A DNA stretch of 64,000 nucleotides from contig NZ_DITB01000038.1 of NCBI RefSeq assembly GCF_002422095.1, forward strand, positions 877 through 64,876, given 5' to 3'. Under the pieces are notes generated by a model, which saw only the letters and a list, made by a program, of their open reading frames with translations, searched no databases and was not told where the DNA came from. Made by a program: the position numbers and the translations under genes. How positions within the stretch are numbered: position 1 is the stretch's first letter; the number at the start of each line of letters is the position of its first letter. Positions 40,501-48,282 of this stretch are shown here, in pieces. Source of the stretch: Flavobacterium sp. UBA6195. Lineage in GTDB: Bacteria > Bacteroidota > Bacteroidia > Flavobacteriales > Flavobacteriaceae.

Positions 40501-41109
40501 CCATGAAACAATTCTTGATTTGTAATAGTTACAACTTTTCTGAGAAAGGAATTCATAGATTGAATAATTTTTATCGTCTACACTTGGTGAAATATCAAAA
40601 ATATCTTTGAATTTATCAAGATTTACTGATCTTAAATCATTTTCGTTAAGTAACAGTTGGTTGTAATTTTTCTCTATTTGAGCTTTAAAATCATCTTCTG
40701 TCCAAGTTAAAAAATCAGTGTTTTTTTGATTTTCTAAGTTAGTTCTTTTTTTTATTGTATAACGATTTCTATTATAATATTCTTCTAAAATATCAATGTA
40801 TATGTAGTGCAGAAGTGCTTTTGAAACAGGTTTTGCTTCATTGATTTCTTTTTGAATATTATGAATAATCGTAGTTTGAGCTTTTTCATCAAAAACTTGT
40901 TCAAATTTTGATAAATAGAAAAAACATTTTATAATTTGAACCTCCTCTTTTTTACGTTTTGCTTTTTTGTAAATTTCTTCTACTTCTTCTTGTGCGGATT
41001 TGATTTTTCCGTCCAATTCATATTTGTAAACTTCTTTCCACTTATCATCATATTGACTAAATACATGGAAAGAATTAACTAACAAGATTAATAATAATAT
41101 TTTGCGCAT
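34549..41109 (-). CDS. Bacterial alpha-2-macroglobulin family protein with inserted CarboxypepD_reg-like and TonB-plug-like domains
   Basis: FFDRAIYRPGQ (MG2), FKVEEYKRPTF, RSNFNETAFFYP, thioester motif CAEQ (36154-36165), QSMYAPEF; SusC-like segment at 36892-37524. Confidence 0.9.
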   Translation of the reverse strand: MRKILLLILLVNSFHVFSQYDDKWKEVYKYELDGKIKSAQEEVEEIYKKAKRKKEEVQIIKCFFYLSKFEQVFDEKAQTTIIHNIQKEINEAKPVSKALLHYIYIDILEEYYNRNRYTIKKRTNLENQKNTDFLTWTEDDFKAQIEKNYNQLLLNENDLRSVNLDKFKDIFDISPSVDDKNYSIYEFLSQKSCNYYKSRIVSWRLKKSTDFENDIKIFYTNPNSFVNFDSKKLEDENLRKLISIFQKNEKYYLDKKNFDKVDFAYYERLKFIKETFWNEEIYLEKISSLEKTTQGLFLKQFLRVDRAQYYQSKTYKNGKINSYKNTLSLIDTILNAKINVNALAEAEKIKIEITNKSLNIKLPKIIYPLQNNRAFVNFKNVDTISISYFRLNEKISALLDNNYDYTRNKNINTDSIVKLIIAKNTPLKEQTIVLPNKKDYFEYNTEVLLEKLDTGKYLIYVETNNNLNTKAFAYNKISVTNLYLIEDKEDKKDVFYLYDRKTGRPLENVIIRNEDEAIKTSKNGNAYFKHRDRIKDKTYKNEILVTFKDDSLTTKYNRGFSYKNEQNNQYEDDFINWEAKALVFFDRAIYRPGQKLYYKGVIIQKKDNNKSVVPFLTVHVSIYDVNQTTLKEFDVQTNEFGSFSGEFEIPKNVLTGEFTIEIDEPNNYEQDSKYYNKKDDEHQFWDNVDFESHTEFNFKVEEYKRPTFEIVFDEITENYTIGDSINIKGNAKALAGNNLTNAKIEYSISKSVHSKTNSIPFDEDYIISETTTDENGNFSIQFMANEPTVPNNEIETINFTIDFKVTDIQGETRTASQTISVGREMLNINLSIKPELISEENNILYISTKTLNNYPIEAKGVVKIYEIKSNAFLKRRLFSIPEIQTIKREEFKKLFPHEPYDNTDEKTEEILIKTIPFDTKTSKEIALEFLKNYRNSKFKIVAEAYDLKNNLITRQRVINVKSKEYPYSEDELFTYKDITTPNSKFYTIEIQSIIPDLYITSRFYADEDLIQEVKTIQLKNGKTVFNFNKEVKYLNHLTFHFSTIWENEGYTKSHQIKREESDEKFLIEIESLRNKIEPGSTENWSFEITNPKQQAEILASMYDSSLDQFAKDRWNSFHFQENYSYPRIPYITNYGTTINLFVNNFRTPRNHFAIYKREPELYWFGFDFNDPKNNYTYKNYQKRISNVNKIPKNSKLISGVVQDELGPIPGANVYIKGTNRGTTTDFDGEFSIEAAKGEIIVISYTGKKSEEISIEQLKNIEINLKDDLINGNEVVVTALGIKKQEKVVTYAAQSTNSNIFLEHEESDLVNALSGRIAGVQVTNSYGGVGSSTRIVLRGTSTITEENQTLYVIDGIVYDSSNYDNTNSNAISFNPDDIESISVLKDSIASALYGIRGKNGVIIITTKNGLKELTQVKTRSNFNETAFFYPHIKTDSNGKFSFQFTTPESLTKWKLRLFGHNKNLESGYFESSIISQKDVMIQTNMPRFVREKDEITLTAKVVNLTNEIKSGNAMLLLFDATTMQPIDAIANNSSNVKAFNCKSKESVPVSWTVTIPEGVQGLQYKIVAKSGNFSDGEENILPVISNKVLLTESIPIWVKGNSKKEYVFDNLKNNESKTLKNHLFTLEYTSNPTWLALQSLPYLMEYEHECAEQTFSRYYGNFIATEIISSNSKIASLFESWKNNPKAVSKLTQNEELKSIVLNETPWLLDAENEELKNKRLALLMDLNTMKESQKSTIKKIEEKQLASGGFAWFDGGEENIFITQHIFSGFGHLSKMFPEKKSEFKNITSKAIPYLDSKYINQSTLKNERINYYAYSNLHYLYARSFYLEEYPISKKIDSIINIQKVEFKANWLNYSLYQKGLLALTMNRFGDKKFAEKIIENLKETVARNDDFGMYWIENKNGYYWYQSAIETQALLIEAFSEIEKDKKFVDEMKVWLLKQKQLKHWPTTKATTEAIYALLLQGTDWTSIKDNTKFKIGNEKVLSKKISEKNKDASTGYIKMNWNSDEISKEMGQISVENKSDVAGFGGLYWQYFEDLDAVKSDSTSALSITKNLYKKVKTSEGDKLIDINYENVKVGDLITIRLIINTDNDLEFVHLKDLRASCFEPIDVISKYEWKDGISFYRSTKDVATHFFFDKIKFGTYVFEYDVRVNNSGVFNDGIATIQSMYAPEFSSHSTNTKLKIQK

Positions 41110-41220
41110 AATAGTTTGTTTTTATCTATAGAGTGAAAAAAATATAAAAAGGTTGGGACGAATAAAAAATAAATTATTTGTAAGTAAAATTAACCAAAAT
41201 CATTTTACTATTTTTGAAAA

Positions 41221-41910
41221 ATGAAAATTATCCAATTGTTTTTCCTGTTTTTTTCGTTTTCAGTCTTTTCGCAATCAACATTTGAAAAGGCTGAGAATTT
41301 GTATGAACAAAAAAAATACAACGAAGCAGAAAAGCTATTTTCAGAGTTTTTAAAATCACAACCAAATCATACTAAAGCCATCGAATTTCTTGGCGATATT
41401 GCTGGACATCAAAAAAAATGGGATGTCGCGATTACCAACTATAAAAGACTAAAAATTAGTTATCCTAAAAATGCTAATTATTGGTATAAATATGGTGGCG
41501 CATTAGGAATGAAAGCCAAAGAATCCAATAAATTCAAAGCTTTAGGAATGATTGATGAAGTAGAAAAATCGTTTTTAACTGCAGCAAAATTAGATTCAAA
41601 ACATATCGAAACACGTTGGGCTTTAGTAATGTTATATATCGAATTACCAGCAATTATTGGCGGAAGCGAAAAAAAAGCACAAAAATATGCCGATGAATTA
41701 ATGACACTTTCAAAAGTTGATGGTTATTTAGCAAAAGGATATATTGATGTCTATTTCAGCCGTTATGCGAAAGCAGAAATCCATTATAAAAAAGCACACG
41801 AAATTGGGAATTCAAAAACTACTTTCGAAAAATTATATGACTTATATTTGAATAAGTTAAAAGATAAAGCAAAAGCCAATAAGTTAAAAGAACAATTTGA
41901 AAACAAATAG
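41221..41910 (+). CDS. Secreted tetratricopeptide-repeat protein
   Basis: Signal peptide and TPR-like helices (AENLYEQKKYNEAEKLF; LGDIAGHQKKWDVAITNY). Confidence 0.75.
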   Translation: MKIIQLFFLFFSFSVFSQSTFEKAENLYEQKKYNEAEKLFSEFLKSQPNHTKAIEFLGDIAGHQKKWDVAITNYKRLKISYPKNANYWYKYGGALGMKAKESNKFKALGMIDEVEKSFLTAAKLDSKHIETRWALVMLYIELPAIIGGSEKKAQKYADELMTLSKVDGYLAKGYIDVYFSRYAKAEIHYKKAHEIGNSKTTFEKLYDLYLNKLKDKAKANKLKEQFENK

Positions 41911-41913
41911 TGT

Positions 41914-41975
41914 AATTGTTGAAATGTTGAATCGTTTAATCGATTTAACAAATTAACAGTTTAACAATTCAACAA
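41914..41975. repeat. Inverted pair of octamer tandem repeats
   Basis: AATTGTTG-AAATGTTG-AATCGTTT facing ATTTAACA-AATTAACA-GTTTAACA-ATTCAACA. Confidence 0.65.
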
Positions 41976-41979
41976 AAAA

Positions 41980-43335
41980 ATGAGAACACATTTCATAGCC
42001 ATCGGCGGAGCAGCCATGCACAATTTAGCATTAGCATTACATAACAAAGGATTTCACGTAACAGGTAGCGATGATGCTATTTTCGAACCTTCAAAATCGC
42101 GTTTGGAGAAAAAAGGATTGTTGCCAGCCGAAGAAGGTTGGTTTCCTGAAAAAATCACAACGGATATCGAAGCGATTATTTTAGGAATGCACGCTAAAGC
42201 GGATAATCCAGAATTATTAAAAGCACAAGAATTAGGCTTGAAAATTTATTCGTATCCTGAATTTTTATACGAACAATCGAAAAACAAAACCCGAGTGGTG
42301 ATTGGTGGTTCACACGGAAAGACTACAATTACTTCTATGATTTTACATGTAATGCATTATCACAATATTGAAGTGGATTATATGGTGGGAGCCCAATTGG
42401 AAGGTTTTGATACGATGGTGCATTTAACCGAAAATAATGATTTTATTGTTTTGGAAGGTGATGAATATTTGACTTCTCCAATCGATTTGCGACCAAAATT
42501 CCATTTGTACCAACCGAATATTGCATTATTATCTGGAATTGCTTGGGATCATATCAACGTGTTTCCAACGTTTGATAATTATGTAGAACAATTTAGAATT
42601 TTCGCTAACCAAATCACGCGTGGGGGAATTTTAGTCTATAACGAAGATGACGAAGCCGTAAAAGCAGTAGCCGAAGGAACCGAAAATCCAATCCGAAAAA
42701 TTGCGTATCAAACACCAAGTTACACAGTTGAAAACGGAACCACGTTGCTAGATACGCCAGAAGGTTCAATGCCAATTGAAGTTTTCGGGGCACACAATCT
42801 AAGCAATTTAGCCGGTGCCAAATGGATTTGCCAATGCATGGGAGTAGACGAAGCCGAATTTTACGAAGCAATCGCTAGTTTCAAAGGTGCTTCTAAACGA
42901 TTAGAAAAAATTGCCGAAAGTGCAAATAAAGTTGCTTATAAAGATTTTGCACATTCGCCAAGTAAAGTTTCGGCCACTACAAAAGCGGTGAAAGCACAAT
43001 ATCCTGATAGAAAATTAATTGCTTGTTTAGAGTTACATACTTACAGCAGTTTAAATGCCGAGTTCTTAAAAGAATACCAAGGCGCTTTAGATGCGGCCGA
43101 TGTTGCCGTAGTTTTCTATTCACCCGATGCGGTAAAAATCAAACGTTTGGAGGAAGTTACTTATGATCAAATCGCACAATCGTTCCAAAGAGAAGATTTA
43201 ATTATTTACACCAATCCAACCGAATTTAAAGACTTTTTATTCAGCCAAAATATTGAAAACTCCGCTTTATTATTAATGAGTTCAGGAAATTATGGTGGAT
43301 TGAATTTTGATGAGGTGAAAGAATTAATCAATTAG
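41980..43335 (+). CDS. mpl: Mur-ligase family protein, Mpl/MurC-like
   Basis: HFIAIGGAAM, GSHGKTT, EGDEY, WDHINVF, DFAHSP, MSSGNYGG. Confidence 0.75.
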   Translation: MRTHFIAIGGAAMHNLALALHNKGFHVTGSDDAIFEPSKSRLEKKGLLPAEEGWFPEKITTDIEAIILGMHAKADNPELLKAQELGLKIYSYPEFLYEQSKNKTRVVIGGSHGKTTITSMILHVMHYHNIEVDYMVGAQLEGFDTMVHLTENNDFIVLEGDEYLTSPIDLRPKFHLYQPNIALLSGIAWDHINVFPTFDNYVEQFRIFANQITRGGILVYNEDDEAVKAVAEGTENPIRKIAYQTPSYTVENGTTLLDTPEGSMPIEVFGAHNLSNLAGAKWICQCMGVDEAEFYEAIASFKGASKRLEKIAESANKVAYKDFAHSPSKVSATTKAVKAQYPDRKLIACLELHTYSSLNAEFLKEYQGALDAADVAVVFYSPDAVKIKRLEEVTYDQIAQSFQREDLIIYTNPTEFKDFLFSQNIENSALLLMSSGNYGGLNFDEVKELIN

Positions 43336-43340
43336 CAAAT

Positions 43341-43550
43341 ATGGGAGATTTGCTTGATTTGATTTTCAATTTCTTTAATTTTTTAGATGTTTTTCCGGCT
43401 CTTGAAAAGCATTATAAAAGATTTAGAGATAAAGATTTGCACATAGTAAAACGCTTATTGAGTTTTTTTATAATCTGTTTTGTAATTCTAATATTTTTAG
43501 GGGTTTTATTTTTCATAATCTTTTTGGGAAATAAACTATTAAAAAAATAA
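43341..43550 (+). CDS. Small hypothetical membrane protein
   Basis: 69 aa, ATG 5 bp after the mpl stop, one long C-terminal hydrophobic helix. Confidence 0.5.
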   Translation: MGDLLDLIFNFFNFLDVFPALEKHYKRFRDKDLHIVKRLLSFFIICFVILIFLGVLFFIIFLGNKLLKK

Positions 43551-43560
43551 AATTTGTAAT

Positions 43561-43631
43561 TTGTCATTTCGACGAAGGAGAAATCACATCAAGTAAGATA
43601 TTATGAGGTTATTCCTTTGTTTAAATGACAG
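43561..43631. repeat. Degenerate REP-like palindrome
   Basis: TGTCATTTCGACGAAGGAGAAATCACAT pairs imperfectly with ATGAGGTTATTCCTTTGTTTAAATGACA. Confidence 0.6.
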
Positions 43632-43681
43632 ATTGTAATTTCAAACGCAATTTTTAAGCCATTTATTTTGTGCAATTTTTA

Positions 43682-43819
43682 AAACCATATAGAAACATAG
43701 AAACATAGAAAATAAAGAATTTCTTAGTCAATAAATTGATTCATTAAGCTTCTCTGTAACCTATCAAAAATAAAAAGCCTTATTAAATGAAAAGCAACCT
43801 ATGTTTCTATGTGGTAAAA
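43682..43819. repeat. MITE/REPIN-like element, CACATAGAAACATAG family, copy 1
   Basis: Ends AAACCATATAGAAACATAG and CTATGTTTCTATGTGGTAAAA are inverted; 24 bp identical (inverted) to 51008-51031. Confidence 0.75.
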
Positions 43820-43888
43820 GTTTAGATTTTTTTCATTTTTTAGATTTTTTAATTAGCTTTGTTCTTATAAACGCCAAAATAAAATTTT

Positions 43889-44572
43889 ATGTACACGCCA
43901 ATCAATCAATGGGCTGAAGACGATCGCCCACGTGAAAAATTTCTTCTTAAAGGTAAATCCACCTTATCTGATTCCGAATTGCTTGCTATTTTAATTGGTT
44001 CTGGTTCTCGAAATGAGAGTGCGGTACAATTGTGCCAACGCATTTTAGCTTCTTCCGAAAATAATCTGAATACGTTAGGGAAAATGTCGGTTTCCCAACT
44101 CATGCAATTCAAAGGAATTGGAGAAGCCAAAGCCATTTCCATTGCCGCTGCATTAGAATTAGGAAGAAGACGCAGAGCCGAAGACGCCATAGAACTCAAA
44201 AAAATCACATCCAGTAAAGCCGTTTTCGACATAATGCAACCCATTATTGGCGAATTGCCTCACGAGGAATTTTGGGTTTTGTATCTCAATAATTCCAATA
44301 AAGTCATTTACAAAGCCCAACTCTCAAAAGGAGGAATCACAGGAACCGTTGTAGATATTCGAATCATTTTCAAAATGGCATTTGAACAAAATGCAACGGG
44401 ATTAATTCTTTCCCACAATCATCCCTCAGGAAAATTAATCGCAAGTGAAGCCGATTTAAAAATCACAAAGCGTATCAAAGAAGCAGGGCAAACATTAGAA
44501 ATCCAAGTTTTAGATCATCTTATCATTACCGAAAATGGTTATTTGAGTTTTCAGGATGAAGGGATTTTTTGA
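43889..44572 (+). CDS. radC: RadC / JAB-domain protein
   Basis: DDRPREK, LSDSELLAIL, HhH GIGEAKA, HNHPSG...D, LDHLII. TAGCTTTG -7 element at 43854-43861. Confidence 0.93.
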   Translation: MYTPINQWAEDDRPREKFLLKGKSTLSDSELLAILIGSGSRNESAVQLCQRILASSENNLNTLGKMSVSQLMQFKGIGEAKAISIAAALELGRRRRAEDAIELKKITSSKAVFDIMQPIIGELPHEEFWVLYLNNSNKVIYKAQLSKGGITGTVVDIRIIFKMAFEQNATGLILSHNHPSGKLIASEADLKITKRIKEAGQTLEIQVLDHLIITENGYLSFQDEGIF

Positions 44573-44738
44573 TTTTTTTAAAACACATAGGCACATAGTT
44601 TTTATTAATTTTCGCATTGCGAACTTTGCGAAAAACTTTTGTGTTCTTTGCGTATAAACCAAGAATTATAGAAATTTTAAGAATTCTTAATTTTTTATCT
44701 AATCAATAAGCCGTATTTTTATCAAAAATTAAAATATC

Positions 44739-45737
44739 ATGAAGAACATAAAACTTTTAGTTGCAACACTTTTAGTAACTCTTACTGCTTCGGCGCAGTT
44801 TACACAAAAAGCTTTGCCTTATGCGTACAATGCTTTGGAGCCTTTTGTAGATGCGCAAACTATGGAAATTCATTACAGCAAACATCACGCAGCTTATGTT
44901 AAAAATCTAAATACTGCTTTAGCAGGAACAGCAGATGAAAAACTAAGCTTAAACGAAATTTTTGCAAAAGTTTCTACAATGCCAGCAGCTGTTCGTAACA
45001 ATGCAGGTGGACATTACAATCATGAATTGTTTTGGTCGGTATTAACACCTGAGAAAAACACTAAAATGTCGGCTGAGTTAGAAAAAGCGGTAAATGAAAC
45101 TTTCGGAAGTTTAGACGGATTGAAAGAAAAATTAAATGCAACAGGAGCAAGTCGATTTGGTTCAGGTTGGGCTTGGTTGGTTGTGACGAAAGAAGGAAAA
45201 TTAGTAGTGAGTTCAACTCCAAATCAAGATAATCCATTGATGGATATTGCCGAAGTAAAAGGAACGCCAATTTTCGGAATCGACGTTTGGGAACACGCTT
45301 ATTATTTAAAATATCAAAACAAACGAGGTGATTATTTATCTGCTTTATGGAATGTTGTAAACTGGACAGAAGTAAGTAAAAGATACAAAACAGCGATGCC
45401 AAAACCAGATACTTTTGCTTCTTGGCCAGAAATCAAAACGTTTCACAAGGTAATGTCGCAAACTTTCCATCCAAGTGAAGAAGGAAATTTACAGCCTATC
45501 AAAGAAAGAAGTGCAGAAATGGCTGAAAAAGCAAATGCTTTAAAAATGGCTAAAATTCCAGCGCAATTCAATAAAAAAGAAATTTTAGCTTCGGTTAATA
45601 AATTAGCAAAAGATAGTAAAGCATTAGATAAATTAGTGAAATCGAAAGCTTCTGATGAAAAAATCACTAAAGCTTTAAATGGTTTACATGACACTTTCCA
45701 TACGATAGTAGGATTGTGTACTCATGACGAAGAATAA
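44739..45737 (+). CDS. sodA: Secreted Mn/Fe superoxide dismutase with extra C-terminal helical domain
   Basis: Signal peptide (aa 1-19); ligands H45, H95, D182, H186 (DVWEHAYY); Mn-type signatures GGH and NQD; about 110-aa extension. Confidence 0.85.
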   Translation: MKNIKLLVATLLVTLTASAQFTQKALPYAYNALEPFVDAQTMEIHYSKHHAAYVKNLNTALAGTADEKLSLNEIFAKVSTMPAAVRNNAGGHYNHELFWSVLTPEKNTKMSAELEKAVNETFGSLDGLKEKLNATGASRFGSGWAWLVVTKEGKLVVSSTPNQDNPLMDIAEVKGTPIFGIDVWEHAYYLKYQNKRGDYLSALWNVVNWTEVSKRYKTAMPKPDTFASWPEIKTFHKVMSQTFHPSEEGNLQPIKERSAEMAEKANALKMAKIPAQFNKKEILASVNKLAKDSKALDKLVKSKASDEKITKALNGLHDTFHTIVGLCTHDEE

Positions 45738-45760
45738 TATTTGAGATTAAAATATAAATG

Positions 45761-45792
45761 CCTTGTGATGAAAGTAAATCACAAGGTTTTTT
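45761..45792 (+). terminator. Intrinsic terminator after the SOD gene
   Basis: CCTTGTGAT-loop-ATCACAAGG followed by TTTTTT. Confidence 0.75.
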
Positions 45793-45865
45793 ATTAGAAA
45801 TTATTTAAGAAATTTTTCTATTCAATTTCTTATCTTGCAACACTAAAATTAATGTTCGTTGAACT

Positions 45866-46495
45866 ATGATTAGCACCAAAAACATCACTTTTTCCTACAC
45901 CAAAGACCAAATCTTTCACATGCCCGATTTGTATTGTGAAGCAGGAAGTACTTTGTTGATTACAGGTGATTCTGGAAAAGGAAAAACTACCTATTTGCAT
46001 ATTTTAGCAGGTTTACTAAAACCAAAATCAGGAACAATTGAAATCGATAAAACCGATATCGTTTCCCTTTCTGAAAAAGCAACCGATAAATTTCGTGGAA
46101 AACACATTGGAGTGGTTTTTCAAAAATCGCATTTTATTGGCGCTTTGACCGTTTTAGAAAATCTGGAAATGGCAAGTTGGTTAGCAACGGGTAAAAAGCA
46201 TACGAAAAGAGCTAAGAAATTATTAGAACAATTGGGAATCGAAAACCAAGCGTCTAAATTACCATCGCAATTAAGTATTGGACAACAACAACGTGTTTCG
46301 ATTGCTCGAGCGTTGATGAATGAACCAAAAGTATTGTTAGCTGATGAACCCACATCAAGTTTAGATGATAAAAATGCAGATAAAGTAATCGAATTGTTGA
46401 CTTCATTATCGAAAGAATATAAAGCGGCTTTACTAATCGTTACGCACGACAACCGAATTAAAGAAAGATTTATCAATAAAATTACCTTGATATGA
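45866..46495 (+). CDS. ABC transporter ATP-binding protein (LolD/MacB-like)
   Basis: GDSGKGKT, LSIGQQQRV, LADEPTSSLD, VTHD. Confidence 0.9.
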   Translation: MISTKNITFSYTKDQIFHMPDLYCEAGSTLLITGDSGKGKTTYLHILAGLLKPKSGTIEIDKTDIVSLSEKATDKFRGKHIGVVFQKSHFIGALTVLENLEMASWLATGKKHTKRAKKLLEQLGIENQASKLPSQLSIGQQQRVSIARALMNEPKVLLADEPTSSLDDKNADKVIELLTSLSKEYKAALLIVTHDNRIKERFINKITLI

Positions 46496-47748
46496 TAGCA
46501 AAATTAGCATGGAAAAATATATGGTTCAAACCATTAAATACCATCTTGAGTGTTATTTTGCTAACCTCAAGTGTTGCGATTATTACGACTTTAGTTTTAG
46601 TCGAAAAGCAATTTGAAGAAAAATTTTCTAGTAATATTGACGGAGTTGATTTAGTAATGGGCGCTCAAGGAAGTCCATTGCAATTGATTTTATCTGCAGT
46701 TTACCAAGTAGATGCTCCAACAGGAAATATTAGTTACGATTCGGCAAAAGTTTGGATGCAGCATCCGTTTGTTCAAAAAGCGATTCCTTTAGCCTTTGGT
46801 GACAATTATCGCGGTTATAAAATCTTAGGAACAACACCCGATTATTTAGATAAATATGGAGCCGAAATTTCAGAAGGCAAACTATTCGAAAAGAATTTTG
46901 AAGTAGTAATCGGAAGTGATATCGCTCAAAAATTAAGCTTAAAAATTGGAGATGAGTTCTTTGGTTCACACGGTGATGCAACTGAAGGAGAAGTTCATGA
47001 TCATTACGCCTATAAAGTTGTCGGTATTGCAAAACCAACAGGAAAAGTAGTTGATAATTTAATTTTATGTACAATTCCAAGTGTTTGGCAAATGCACGGT
47101 GGACATGGTGAAGAAGAAAATCCGGCTCACGGGGAAGAAGGTCACGTTCATGTGGAAGGAGAACATCACGAGGAAGCAGACATGACTTTAGATGAACCCG
47201 GAATGGAAATCACTGCCGTTTTACTAAAATTCCGCAACAAAATGGGAATTGTAACTTGGCCAAGAATCATCGCACAAAACACCAAAATGCAAGTTGCTTC
47301 ACCTGCAATCGAAGTAAATCGTTTATTCTCTTTATTCGGAATTGGAATTTCAGCTTTACAATATTTAGCATACGGAATCATGTTGATTTCAGGAATTTCG
47401 ATTTTCATCGCACTTTACAACACATTAAAAGAACGTGAAAATGAATTTGCCTTAATGCGTGTCAACGGAGCCAAAAGACTACAACTTTTAAAAGTCGTGA
47501 TGATTGAAAGTTTGCTTTTATGTGTTGTTGGGTTTATTTTTGGTACGATTTTGGGAAGAGTAGGATTAAGTATGTTGTCCAACTCAGCCGAAGAAGATTT
47601 CAAAATGAGTTTCAATCCATACGAATTTATTTGGGAGAAAGAAGGAACTTTATTTTTACTAACTATATTTGTGGGCTTTATCGCAGCGTTAATTCCAGCT
47701 ATAAAAGCATACAATTTAAATATTTCAAAAACATTAGCAAATGCGTAA
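46492..47748 (+). CDS. MacB/FtsX-type ABC permease with His-rich periplasmic loop
   Basis: GAQGSPLQLIL, IPLAFGDNYRG, His/Glu-rich loop, three C-terminal TMs; ATGA overlap with the ATPase gene. Confidence 0.85.
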   Translation: MIAKLAWKNIWFKPLNTILSVILLTSSVAIITTLVLVEKQFEEKFSSNIDGVDLVMGAQGSPLQLILSAVYQVDAPTGNISYDSAKVWMQHPFVQKAIPLAFGDNYRGYKILGTTPDYLDKYGAEISEGKLFEKNFEVVIGSDIAQKLSLKIGDEFFGSHGDATEGEVHDHYAYKVVGIAKPTGKVVDNLILCTIPSVWQMHGGHGEEENPAHGEEGHVHVEGEHHEEADMTLDEPGMEITAVLLKFRNKMGIVTWPRIIAQNTKMQVASPAIEVNRLFSLFGIGISALQYLAYGIMLISGISIFIALYNTLKERENEFALMRVNGAKRLQLLKVVMIESLLLCVVGFIFGTILGRVGLSMLSNSAEEDFKMSFNPYEFIWEKEGTLFLLTIFVGFIAALIPAIKAYNLNISKTLANA

Positions 47749-48232
47749 TTATATTAAATTAAGTTTGGCTTTAGTCGTTTTTATTTCGATGATGAGCTTT
47801 TCAGATAGAACAACTTCAGTTGTAAAAGCTACTAAAAAATCGTCAGTAGCATCAGATACACTAACATGGAAAATGTTAGGCGATATCAAATATGTTCGTA
47901 AAAAACATGCGACTTATGGCGAAGTAGAATTCCCACAAGTGAACATGAAATTGAAAATGATGCAAAAGAAAACCGTTTTCATGAGCGGATTTATTGTGCC
48001 AATTGATAATAAAAACTATGCATTAAGTAAAAACGTTTTTGCAGCTTGTTTCTTCTGTGGAAAATCAGGACCAGAGACTATTGCTGGAATCAAATTTAAA
48101 GGTGGCGCTTTTCCAAAGTTAAAAACCGATACTTACGTGACTTTAAAAGGGACTTTTAGATACAACGAAACAGACGTTGAAGATTGGATTTACCATATCG
48201 AAGACGCCGTAATTATCTCTCAAAGCAAATAA
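47741..48232 (+). CDS. DUF3299-like exported OB-fold protein
   Basis: Signal peptide, LTWKML, SGFIVPID, CFFCG motif, VTLKGTF; coupled to the permease. Confidence 0.65.
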   Translation: MRNYIKLSLALVVFISMMSFSDRTTSVVKATKKSSVASDTLTWKMLGDIKYVRKKHATYGEVEFPQVNMKLKMMQKKTVFMSGFIVPIDNKNYALSKNVFAACFFCGKSGPETIAGIKFKGGAFPKLKTDTYVTLKGTFRYNETDVEDWIYHIEDAVIISQSK

Positions 48233-48235
48233 TTT

Positions 48236-48262
48236 AGAAGCCCATTCATTTGGGCTTTTTTT
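48236..48262 (+). terminator. Intrinsic terminator
   Basis: AGAAGCCCA-TTCATT-TGGGCTTTTTTT. Confidence 0.7.
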
Positions 48263-48282
48263 AATCATTCAAACACATAGCA

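Noticed and set aside
43889-44572. radC as a marker of a mobile element
   Set aside because: It is the full-length form with the N-terminal HhH region, typical of the chromosomal copy rather than the short JAB-only form found on mobile elements.
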